Positions 34,208 to 45,626 of a stretch of DNA of 64,000 nucleotides are shown here, piece after piece. The notes beneath the pieces are model-generated. The model worked only from the letters and a program-made list of their open reading frames with translations, was not told the origin of the DNA and did not search any database. Made by a program: the position numbers and the translations under genes. This stretch comes from the human T2T-CHM13v2.0 reference genome, Homo sapiens. Position 1 is the stretch's first letter, and each line of letters opens with the position of its first letter. The stretch lies in assembly GCF_009914755.1 (NCBI RefSeq), contig NC_060928.1; one strand, 5' to 3'.

Positions 34208-34802
34208 CTATAAGTTATATATTTCTATTTGAAATATAAGATATGTTTCTATTTGAAATATAAGATATATTTCTATTTGAAATATAATATAAGATATATA
34301 TTTCTATTTGAAATATAATATAAGATATATATTTCTATTTGAAATATAATATAAGATATATATTTCTATTTGAAATATAATATAAGATATATATTTCTAT
34401 TTGAAATATAATATAAGATATATATTTCTATTTGAAATATAATATAAGATATATATTTCTATTTGAAATATAATATAAGATATATATTTCTTTTTGAAAT
34501 ATAATATAAGATATATATTTCTATTTGAAATATAATATGATATATATTTCTATTTGAAATATAATATGATATATATTTCTATTTGAAATATAATATGATA
34601 TATATTTCTATTTGAAATATAATATAAGATATATATTTCTATTTGAAATATAAGATATATATTTCTATTTGAAATATAAGATATATATTTCTATTTGAAA
34701 TATAATATAAGATATATATTTCTATTTGAAATATAATATAAGATATATATTTCTTTTTGAAATATAAAATATATATTTCTATTTGAAATATAAGATATAT
34801 AT
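34208..34802. repeat. AT-rich minisatellite, about 20 copies of a 24-31 bp unit (atttctatttgaaatataatataagatatat)
   Basis: Directly visible tandem array; 20 ttgaaata cores counted between 34221 and 34800. Confidence 0.97.
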
Positions 34803-34899
34803 TTCAAAACAGCACAGGAAACCAAAAGGCATTTGAAATATATATATTTCAAAACATTAAAGGTAATTATGCATATATAACTGTTATGAAATGTATTTT

Positions 34900-36500
34900 A
34901 AAAATAAATATTACATTTTCTTCTAACAGATGTTAGTTATGCAGTATTTTTTGAACCATTGCCTTAGAATATTTACTGCACAATTTTCCATTTTCACAAT
35001 TTATCATTTTTTTATTTTCAAACACAACTAAAGACAATATTACTTTATATTCAATATTTAATCTGGTTTATTGACATAATTTATCAACTTATCTACTCAG
35101 CAGTGGTTTTATCACACACTTTCTGTCATTTTTAACTTTCTTCTTGCCGAAATACATTCTTTAATATTTTGTTGTCTTAATTGAGGGTGGCACACTATAC
35201 ACAATTAGTTATTGTATACATGAAAACATCTTTTATTCTCAACTCTAAATGATGCATGGCTAGATATTGAATTGTAAGTTGAGTGTTTACTTTTCTGACT
35301 TATTATTTTCTGATCTCAATTCTGCTATTGTTGCTGATGTAGGCTGTTAGTAATGTGAAATTCATCTTGTAGTTTTAAGATTACTTATCTTTGATATTTT
35401 TGAAATTTAATTGGCATGTCTACATATGGATATATTTTTATGTAAGTTATCTCATATTTGAAGAGTACATTCTATATGATGTTCATTTTTTTCCTGGTAT
35501 TTCACATTTTTAGCAATTTCTGTAAATGATGAATCACAGTAATTCTCTCTATTCTCTGTTTGTTGAAATCCTATTAAATTATTATTGAAACTTCCTGATT
35601 TAGCCTCAGTGTTTCAAATGTTGCTTCCTATTTTTACCTTATGGTCTTTCTGTTCTGATCCAGGTATGGTATTTTTTCTAACTTTCAGTTTATTTTTATC
35701 TGTGTCCCTATTTTTTTTCAATGTTTACTTGTAAAATGCACACAATTTAATTTTTATGACACTTTAGTTTCTTGTTTTATCTTTTATTCCTAATATTCCT
35801 TTCAAAGATAGTCAACACTGTCTTTTTTTTTTTTTTTTTTTTTTTGTGAGATGGAGTCTCGCTCTGTTGCCTAGGCTGGAGTGCAGTGGCGCAATCTCCA
35901 TTCACTGCAACTTCTGCTTCCTGGGTTCAAGTGATTTTCCTGCCTCAGCCTCCTGAGTAGCTGGGATTACACACACGCACCACCACGCCCAGCTAATTTT
36001 TGTATTTTTAGTAGAGACGAGCTTTCACCCTGTTGGTCAGGCTGGTCTCGAACTCCTGACCTCGTGATCTGTCTGCCTCGGCCTCCCAAAATACTGGGAT
36101 TACAGGCGTGAGCCACCGCCCCCAGCCTTAGTTAAAACTGTTTTTAAGAGTATGTGTTTATTTATCAAACTGGTAGCTTCATTAATTTGATAAATAATAT
36201 TAAACATTTTTGGACATATTTTATATTATTTTAATTTCTTTGTCAGAAAGAGCCACTAAATGATTTTTTTAGGGAGTGGATTTTCATTCTGATTATGGAT
36301 TATGTTGATTTTCATGGTTTTAGATTTCGGTATCTATTTTTGAATGGTTTACAAGGTCAGATTTGCAGGATTTTTGTATCTGTTTTCTTTCTCAGCTCTT
36401 TCTCTCTTTCATTATTTAACCTCTGTGTTAACCGGTCACTGTCTAGCTTTTTATGGCAGCCTACTTCCAAGCTCAAAGCTCTCATCTTATAATATGTGTT
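34900..36500 (-). mobile_element. Old L1M fragment(s), interrupted by an Alu
   Basis: T-rich diverged L1 ORF1/5'-like sequence. Confidence 0.4.
35823..36127 (-). mobile_element. AluSg-like
   Basis: Full Alu with gaactcctgacctcgtgatc; degenerate TSD tagtcaacactgt/tagttaaaactgt. Confidence 0.93.
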
Positions 36501-37063
36501 GAACGATTAATTATACAGCAGATCACTAGTTAGCAAGTGAAAGCCTTAAGCTATTTTTGATAGTAAGGTTATACTCTTTTCTGTCATATATATTACCATT
36601 CATTTGAAACTGTGCCAGTCTAATGAATTGAAAACATGTCACTGTCATTTCTCTGATTCCTGGTGAGGTTAAGCAAACTTTCATGCAGCTATTGTTCTAT
36701 TTAACTCACTTCTGTGTTGGTTACATGATAAGATACTTGGTCTTATTCACTCTCTCTTAACTAGTTACACAATTCTCACTGCTATTACAGTCTTAATCAA
36801 CCAAGAGCTTTAGGGTAGTAATAACCACATTGCTGCCAAAAATTATAACCTCCAAAGTCAACTAACCCTTTCCCCAAGCCAAGGCAAAAAAAAAATCCAA
36901 ATTTTTGAATGGAGTATAATGCATAGAAATAAAGCATCTTCGAATGTTAAAACACTATGTACATCTGCAGTAATTAAATGATATAGAACTGGTACAAGAC
37001 TATTCTTAAAGATAAATGAAAAGTGATTCGAAGTCTAGTATATGCACATTGCATATACACCAT

Positions 37064-37064
<1 letters not shown>

Positions 37065-37097
<33 letters not shown>
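37065..37097. repeat. (CA)n microsatellite
   Basis: About 16 uninterrupted AC units. Confidence 0.97.
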
Positions 37098-37098
<1 letters not shown>

Positions 37099-37199
37099 GA
37101 TAAAGCAGTAATACAAATTGGTGAGATGAAAGAATGTTGCAATAAATTAAAATTAAAAATGAAATTAGTACCCTTAAATCCTCTCTCAATTTAAGTAAC

Positions 37200-38600
37200 A
37201 AAATATTAACCATACTCCACATATATTGTTAAAAGTTCCATAGAAAACTGATACAATAAACAAATAAATAAATAAAATATTTGTAAACATACATATAAAC
37301 AGGGTAAGGAAGTTTATTTCAGTATAAACTGAAGACAAAAAAACATAATAAACTACAAAAAGATTTGAATAATTAAGAAAATATTGGGCATCAGAATTTA
37401 CACTTGTGTCTATTTACTGTGACACCTGGGTAACAGATTTTTATTTCAGTCTCTTCAAATTTTATGGCTAAATTACTCATGAATTTTCAGAAAATGATAA
37501 AATATGTATCTAAAAACTTCACTTTTTAAATATAAAAAGCTCAAAATTATTAACTGAAAATACTCTTTGAATTAAAAATACTAATTAAAAAAATGAGAAA
37601 ATTAACAAATTTTATGGTTTACACAAATATATAAACATCTAAAATAAATGTGGGCAGATAGTTTTCATGTCTTTATCACTAAAACTCTAAAATTTTATAT
37701 TGCTAAAAGTATAAAGCTTTACTGAATAATAGAAATCTTGAATAAATGGAGTAATTTTCTACATCTCTAATGGAAAGATACAAAAACAAAAATCAATCCA
37801 TTCTGCCAAAATTATTGTATATATTTAGTGCAATTGTATTAAAATATTTTGCTTTTGCTGGACAGACACCAAATAATTTTGATGTTTATTTGAAAGAATA
37901 TAAACAAAATACAGCAAATTCTTACAAGTGATAATCCTTTCATTGAATACTTACAAGTTATAAGTAAGTAGACTTCTCTGAATATGGCACAATGGCACAA
38001 ATTATAAAGGACAGCAACTATAAGTGTGATTATACAAGTAAAAACTTTTGTATGTAAAAATTATAAACAAAATAAAATTGGTTTTCTACAAGGTAAGAAT
38101 TCAATAGAATTGTTATGCTATTTTTACTTTTCATATTAGCAAAGCTGATATGAAGGTAATATGCAACATGCAGTGATGTAGGGAAATAGCCATTTTCATG
38201 CATTGCTGGCCATAGCAAAATTGGTACCAGCTGTTGGAGAATTTGATGATACTGATATGATCACTCAGCAATTCCACCTTTAGAAATTTATCTTAAGAAA
38301 TGATAAATGAATTTAAAAAGTAGGAATAGATGCAAAAGTTTGACTGAGGTAATTTTCATCCCACTGTAATCATTTTAAAATGAAAGCTAAATTACTATTT
38401 TTAATGTAGAATACTATCCATTCTAGTTTACTCCATCTAGAATACTATACATATATATGTAAGTAGTATTCTATTTTAGATATAGACCAATGGCTTTGGA
38501 GACAATAATTTCTTGTCTGGAGAATATTTCACAATATTTTGCTTAGTGACAACATCAGTTTCATGATATGTATAGTATGTTCTTAGTTTTGTTTTTTGAA
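37200..38600 (+). mobile_element. Old L1ME-like fragments
   Basis: A-rich decayed ORF2/3' phrases (ttgaataaatggag, cagcaattccacctttagaaatttatc). Confidence 0.5.
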
Positions 38601-39133
38601 AGCAATATTTTAATATAGGGAGTATCTTTGGAGATGCTGATTACAAATGGTTTTGTTTTTGTATTTAATAATTTTTATTTGAAATATAATATTCCAACTG
38701 GACAGTACATAAATCATAAGAATATACTTAAATAAATTTTTGCAATAGATAAACTCATGACCACTCACAAAATTCAGGAAATATAACATCACTAGCATCC
38801 CAGAAATTACAATTATGCTGACTTCTAAACGCTATTCAATGGAATATTCAATGCAAAGAAACACCAACTGTCCTGGCTTCTCATTCCAGATTTTAGTGTC
38901 ATATGGCTTTGACTTTGATATACATTTATTAACAGATCATGTTTTTTGTGTGTCTTTTTAAATTCAGTATTATACTTTGAGATTCTTACACGTTAAGAAT
39001 TAATTTGCAGTTTATTCATTGCTTCACGATGTTCAACATACAATAATTTGTAAAACGTTGATCAGTTCTACAATCAATTAATACTTGGGCTAAATCCCCT
39101 TTAAGGCTACTACAGTGCTGTAATGAAGTGTAA

Positions 39134-39136
<3 letters not shown>

Positions 39137-39183
<47 letters not shown>

Positions 39184-39190
39184 TATATAC
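39137..39190. repeat. (TA)n(CA)n microsatellite
   Basis: About 19 AT units followed by CA units. Confidence 0.96.
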
Positions 39191-39618
39191 AATTATTTCT
39201 CTGTATATACTCATACTTCTACACATATTTATGCCATTTTAAAAGTAAAAACTCCTGGACAAATGTATATATGTCTTCGATTTTATTTAAAAAAGAAAAA
39301 TCATTTTTTACTGTGGTTGTGACAGTTATATCAATTTTGACTTCCACCAGCAAGATTATGAGAATTCCAGTTGTGCCACATACTCAACAAGACTTGGTAC
39401 TGCAGTTTTCATTTTAGTCATTCTAGTAGGTATCTTTTAGTTTTTTTGTTGTTGCCACCTTTGTGCCTTTAATTTACATTTCATTTGTGTTTTTAGAAGT
39501 TAAATATCTTTCACATGTTCATTCGTCATTAGGGATATTCTCTTTCAAGGTGCCTTTCTAATTATCTTGCCCAGTTTTTATTGGTTTTTCAGACTTTTCT
39601 TACTGATTTGTAGGAAAT

Positions 39619-40875
39619 ATCGCAGAATCCTTTGGATGTCACTTCACCACCTGGAAACCTTTGTGGCCGGCAGTGCATCTGCTTGAGTTTTTGCTGGCAC
39701 CGCTGGGCTCCTACCCACTCTGCCTGGAAGGCTGTGCTAGGCTCACGCTACCAGCCGAGATCCCATGCCCGCCTAGGGCAAGCCAGGTGCAGAGCAGCAA
39801 GGGGAGTGTGAGCAAGCGAGCTCCAGGTCTGGTCACTGCACACAGCCAGGCATATCAGCTGCTGCAGCATGGCAGGCAGCTCCAGGTGCAAGCACACATG
39901 CCAGCTCCATGCGAGGCTGCAGCTGGACCAGGCCTACCGCAAGCAGCTTCAGCTGCAGGCACTGGCGTCTAGACAAGGCGAACGCGGTGGTGCCTGGAGA
40001 CACCAGCAACCACAGAGCCCCAGAAGGTGGCAGGGGGACGTGTTATAGCTCTCTTATTCTTGCAACCAGCATGGCAAACGACAGGGGCGGGGTTGTAGGG
40101 GCAGTGTGGGGGGAATGGTGTGTGTTGCAGCCTATTTGTGTTGCAGCTTATTCAGTCCTGCTGCCTCACTCTGCCTCACTGTCCCTAGGCTGGCCCTGAC
40201 CTGCCGCTGCTTCCCATCACATAAGGCAGCTGCCCAGTGCTGATGGAGGGCAGGAGGTCTATAGTGTTACAACTCTGGCTTGAGGAATCCCAAGGTCTTG
40301 GCCCAAAGAAGGGTCACTGCTCTTCACTCCTGCAGTGTGGTGTATGGGTGTATATCACCACCTGCCACTCAGCAAGCTGGCCAGGAATGTGTTACAGCCC
40401 TCTTTGCACGAGCCATTCAGTGGGTCCTGAGTTCTTATCACACATGCAGGAAGAATGAGGTTATGTGGACAACTGGAGGATAAGCAAGGTGGAGAAGAGT
40501 TTTATTGAGCAATAAAACAGCTCTCATAATTTAGGATACCCAAAGTGGGTAGCTCCTATCCACAGTCAGGTAGTTTTGACGTGTGTCTGAGTCCAGCTGT
40601 GTCTAGGGTTTTTTATGGTCTCAGAATGGAGGATGTACATGCTGATTGGTCTATAGGCAAGAGGAAGTACATGCTGATTGGTCCATGATGGAGGCCAGAA
40701 AAAGCACCATCTGATTGGCTGAAAGGCATCAAGGAAGTTCTCACTCCAGGTTGTGGACTCCATCCGGAACTGGCAACCAGGCCCTCAGGCTTCAGGCCCT
40801 CCCTAGCTTCAAGGTTGGGCCTCACCAGAGACCCTTCTCACCTAAGAACCTGTCTGTCTCCACCTGCCATCATCA
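39619..40875 (-). mobile_element. MER52-family (ERV1) solo LTR
   Basis: 1.25-kb GC-rich block. Left end gaatcctttggatgtcac...ggaaacctttgtggccgg and right end tgccatca match reverse-complemented MER52 termini; possible 4-bp TSD aaat. Confidence 0.8.
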
Positions 40876-41577
40876 AAATTGTATAGTATTTATTTGAGTC
40901 CTTTGTTTAATACATTGCAAAAGATACTTCTGTTCTGAGGCATGAATATTTTATTCTTTTATTTTTTTATCAGACATTTTTCATTTGCTTGAAGTCCAAG
41001 TAACAGCCTTATACTTTTGATTAATTTTTTTGTCTTATTTAAGAAATTCATGTTTTTCAATGTCATGAAAATTAAAGCTAAGCTCGATTTACAACTTGTG
41101 AAGTTTCTGTGTATGGTGTGAGGTAGTATGTCCAGATTCATGACAGTATTTTTATATGTATATATATTTAACCTTAATCTGTTGTGTTGACCATGCTGTT
41201 TCCACTGCACTGCAGTATCTTAAAGATCATAAATCAATTTTTTTTCTAGTTTCTCTCTTTTGGCCTAATATTCTATTTGGCTATTATTTGCACAAAAATA
41301 ATATTTTATCTTTATAATAGATTTCACGTTTGGCTTTGTAAGATCAAGGCATATATATTATTCAAGACTGCCTTACTATATTTATTTCCATATACATTTA
41401 AAAATCAGATAGTCAATTTTCATAAGAAAAAATCTTACTAGAGGTTGATTGTTTGCATTGGAAAAATATTATATTAATAAATTATATCCAATGCTCAATA
41501 TGACATTCTGTAATATTTTACACTTCCTTAATTTCTTAGTATCGTATTTTATAGCTTTCTGTGTAGGTTTTCTGTAC

Positions 41578-41750
41578 AAATGGGAGGAGGGAGAGGATCA
41601 GGAAAAATAACTAATGGTTACTATGCTTAATACATGGGTGATGAAATAATCTGTACAACAAACCCCCGTGACACAAGTTTAATTATATTACAAACATGCA
41701 CTTGTACCCCTGAACTTAAAATAAAAGTAAAAACAAAAAACAAAAGACAA
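41578..41750 (+). mobile_element. Very short L1PA13-16-like 3' end
   Basis: gggaggagggagaggatcaggaaaaataactaatgg...cccctgaacttaaaataaaagt plus A-rich tail. Confidence 0.88.
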
Positions 41751-43189
41751 AGCACTACTGAAATTAAACTTATTTGGGGCATTTTTAATGGACTTTTTAC
41801 TGAGCTGTTTTAAGATCACAGCAAAATTAAGTACAGAGTTCGCATATACTCTGCCTAAAACACCCAATTTGTGGAAGGTTAAACTTACTTTATAAAATGA
41901 ACGCTTATAAGAATTTAATGGCAGAGCCATCTCGTGCTGGAGGTTTCCTTGAAGGAAAGGTAATAATTATTATTTATAATAATGGATTTATTTTCTTTGG
42001 TATAACTCAGATTACTGATATCTTCTAATTTTATTGTCCACTTTACTGTTTTTCCCCAAAGTATTTGTGCATTTTAGCCAAATTGTCAATTTTATTGGCA
42101 AAAATCTTTATATAATATTACTATATTTTAACATCTGAAAGATTTAGATTGATAACCCAATTCTCCAACTGACATTGGTAATGTCTTATATTTTTTCTTG
42201 ATTTGCATAGCTATTGATTTATGAATTTCATTACTTTCATCTAAGATCCATATTTTGGTGTATTGGTGTCCTCTATTTTATGTTTGTTTACATTTCATTG
42301 GCTTTTGCTCTTACCTGTGTTATTTCTATATTTTCTTATATAGAATGTGATTATTTTGTGTACAGTGTCTAATAAAGAAATTTTAGTCACATATTTTCTG
42401 AGTAAACAGTGTGAATTTTTCTTCGCTTCATGGGCTGTTCATAGGCAGCTTTTTAAATTTCCTAGTTTTCAGTTTTTTCTTATTCTCATTTTGTTATTAT
42501 TCTCTAGCTTAACTCCACTGTGTCAGAAACACACACTATATGATTTCACAAAATATATCAAATTTTGATAATATTCTAGATTCACCTGAAAAAACGTATG
42601 TTCTTCCGTACACACTATATAGCATACAATATTCTATTTATATATCAGTAACACCAAGTTTCATAATTATCTTCTTCAATTATCTTTTATCATTACTGAA
42701 AATTTATTAAACGGTTGAAAAAATTTGTTAAAGTGAAATATTACAAATATGTCTTCAAATATATAATTAGTCAATTTTGGCTTTACATTCTGTAAAGTTG
42801 AATTATTTGACACAGAGATTTAGGATTCATTTCTTCCTGTTGGATTGACACCTTAATGTATTATCATGATGTTATATTTATTTTTATCTTGAATGTTTAT
42901 AGCGCTAAAGTGTCCTATTTAGTATAGTTCTATCATCTTTGTTTTATTTATTGTTTGTAGACTATATTTTTTCCTTATGTGCCTTATGTGGCATTAATCA
43001 ATTTTCTCTACTTAAAAATATTATCATATATTAGCTTATTTGTGATATATTTAACTTTTTAAGGTTGTTTACTTAGAAACTAAAGTTAGCATCTTGATTT
43101 ATTACAAATGTATACAAATAATTACACTTATCACTTCCCCAATCATGCCAGAATAGTTTATTTTTTTACTGTCACAGTAATGGTAGAAC

Positions 43190-43350
43190 CTAAAGTTTAA
43201 TTTATAAATTAGGCATAGAAAAAGATTAACAAGAAGAAACAGTAAAATAGAACAATTACAACAATACACTGCAATAAAAGTTATGTGAATGTAGTCTCTC
43301 ACTCTTACTATCTTAAAATATCTTCTTGTGCTACAGTCACTTTTCTTCTT
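43190..43350. mobile_element. MER44/Tigger-type DNA transposon fragment
   Basis: taaagtttaatttataaattaggca...caataaaagttatgtgaatgtagtctctc...aaaatatctt. Confidence 0.7.
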
Positions 43351-43699
43351 GAGGGGCTATAAAATAATATGACTACATGATGATTTAAAGTGAGGCAAAT
43401 TTCCTCTCAATTTGTTGTCATCTCCTCTTTCCCAGCCTGTGGTAGTGTTGAAAACCAACAGCTCACAATTACAGTGAACACCAGTATCCTGCCAGCTAAT
43501 AGTGGGTGCAAATAAGGACTGGGGATTCTTGAACCCCATATTATGATCATTTAACATCTTTGTTTAAGGATAATGCTTAATTGAAGAATTCACAATGCCT
43601 CTGCCTTGCAAGACAACTCACTTTAATCTTAAAGGTATTTCTTATTTTCTCTCTTAATCACTAGAAAAGTAACTAAGGTTAAGCCTTAACTAATTCAGG

Positions 43700-44730
43700 A
43701 AAGCCCTGAGTCTACTAAAAGAGCTATGAGACTTAGCTAATAATATAGCTAGAATCAGGATGTGGCGTGAAACCTCATCTTGAGTTTCTAGATAAAAAGT
43801 GCTGGAATATAAGAATGAATTATTCAAGGCTGAGATAGCATTTCATTTATGATACAACTATAGAAAAGGAAAAAGAAAAGTTATTAACATGGGAACCTCT
43901 TTTTGGGAAGGCATCTGGTGCTAAGATGGTTCTTAGGAGCTTGAAGAAAGAGATGGCACACAATAAATTAGATATAAATGATAGACCTACTTTCACTGAT
44001 GTTGAAAAAAGTCATCAAACCCTTAAAATAGACATATTAAAGTGGCTATTCTATGTAATGCTGGAAAACCTGGTACATATATTCTTCCAGATAGCAAAGT
44101 CATGAGACTGTCTTGATGAGGGGGCACCAGCATCACTGAGAAGCTGGAAGACACCATTTGTAGATCAGGCTAACACAGATGCATAGGGTTGCATTTATTA
44201 TTGCTGATCAAGCTACTCCTACCACTGTTAAATCAAGGGTCTTTTATCCTGGATGTGGCCGAAATTCATCTGAACTAACATCAACATATATTCTAAGTAT
44301 GGATTTCATTTTCTGCCCACAGAGCTTCCATCAGCACTACTAAGGGCTTTAGTGTGAGTTTAATCCTACAGAACATTGTATCAGGCATAAAGTATCATTT
44401 CACAACAACATAAGTGTTGTAATTAGCAAATGACCACTGGATCATCTGTTTTTATCACACACTACTCCACCCAGAAAACTTCCAGTCTAATAGAACGAAG
44501 GAAATGGTTTTTGAAGAGGTGCTGAGGTAGCTGATTGGAGATATTAACCTACAATAATCGGATTCTACCCCTAAAAATGTAGGTACAGTCCCAAATTATT
44601 TTCCATTATAAGGTTGGGTCTGGGAACAAAGTGTGAAAATAGGACTGGCCCCACTTACTATCATTCCAATGACCCAGTTCAGAAATTGTGCTTTCTATAC
44701 CTTCTTCTCTGGTTCCTTGAGTGCAAATGT
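43700..44730 (+). mobile_element. Decayed ERVL/MaLR internal sequence (integrase-like remnant)
   Basis: acatatattctaagtatggatttcatttt resembles (D)TYSGYGFAF; cacccagaa...ctaatagaacga resembles HPEAAGLIERWNG. No open frame. Confidence 0.55.
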
Positions 44731-45626
44731 TTTCCCGAGATTACATGGCAAGAATTTGTGGATAAATGAGGAGAATATTAGCAGAATCTGGGAGAAAGGA
44801 GAATCAGTTTAGAGCATTCTGATACATTTTGATACCAGTATCATGAATACTGTAAATTGGATGAATCCAATTTACTTCTGTCATTTAGAGCTGACGGTAT
44901 CTTTCATATAAATCACATTTTAGAGGTCTCCTTAATAGAGTAATCCAAAATGCATGGTCCTGAACAACACTGCCTTCACAAGATGCTCAAAATTCGAATC
45001 CAATTTGAATGAGACTGTAAACAGTTCTAGTAGGATGAAGTAGACACATAGACTAATGGAATATGTCTCGCCTTTTAGAATGCCAGACAGTTACATATAT
45101 TATTATTTGTCCTCCTCAGGAAACTGCTGAGGATAGTGGTTTGTGTCCTAGAAACTTTTTGCAATCATATCCCACAATCTCGATTTCTGAAAAGATATGT
45201 TTCATCCTCCATAGTTGCTATCATCATTTATCTCTTTCAAAAGGGTTGCACCTCAAAACAAAAGCATCTCTGAGTTAGTGCCATATTTTAAGGCACCTTA
45301 ACTCTGAGAGTTAGCTTTGCAACATGAAATCTGTCAATAATTTCACAACAGTAGGTGCCCCAATGTCAGAATATGGAGGATTATTGGAATGGGAGACAAA
45401 AGTAAATACTTCCTGTTATTTCTCAAACTAAGAGGAAACAATATTATCTTGTCATGCATAAAACTCACTTAAGTCTAGCATAAAGGAGAGTGAATTGCTT
45501 TTGATAAGTAATTATATTTGTTGAGGTAGAGGAAAGAGAATATGAGTGATTGAATTTTCTTAAAATAGTTCACAAAATTACATTAGGCCCTCAACTAATA
45601 TAGGAGGGAGTAGGCAGAAAAGAAGA

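Larger units (their letters stand above)
38680..43100 (-). mobile_element. Old L1ME/MD-like element, interrupted by MER52 and a short L1PA
   Basis: ttgacttccaccagcaagattatgagaattccagttg..., ttttcttactgatttgtagg; continues after 40875. Confidence 0.55.

Noticed and set aside
34208-34802. CRISPR-like array
   Set aside because: Units are tandem with no unique spacers, there are no cas genes, and the context is eukaryotic; it is a minisatellite.
39619-40875. GC-rich block as a CpG-island gene promoter or exon (ORFs 39661-40897)
   Set aside because: Explained by a MER52 LTR; CpGs are largely decayed.
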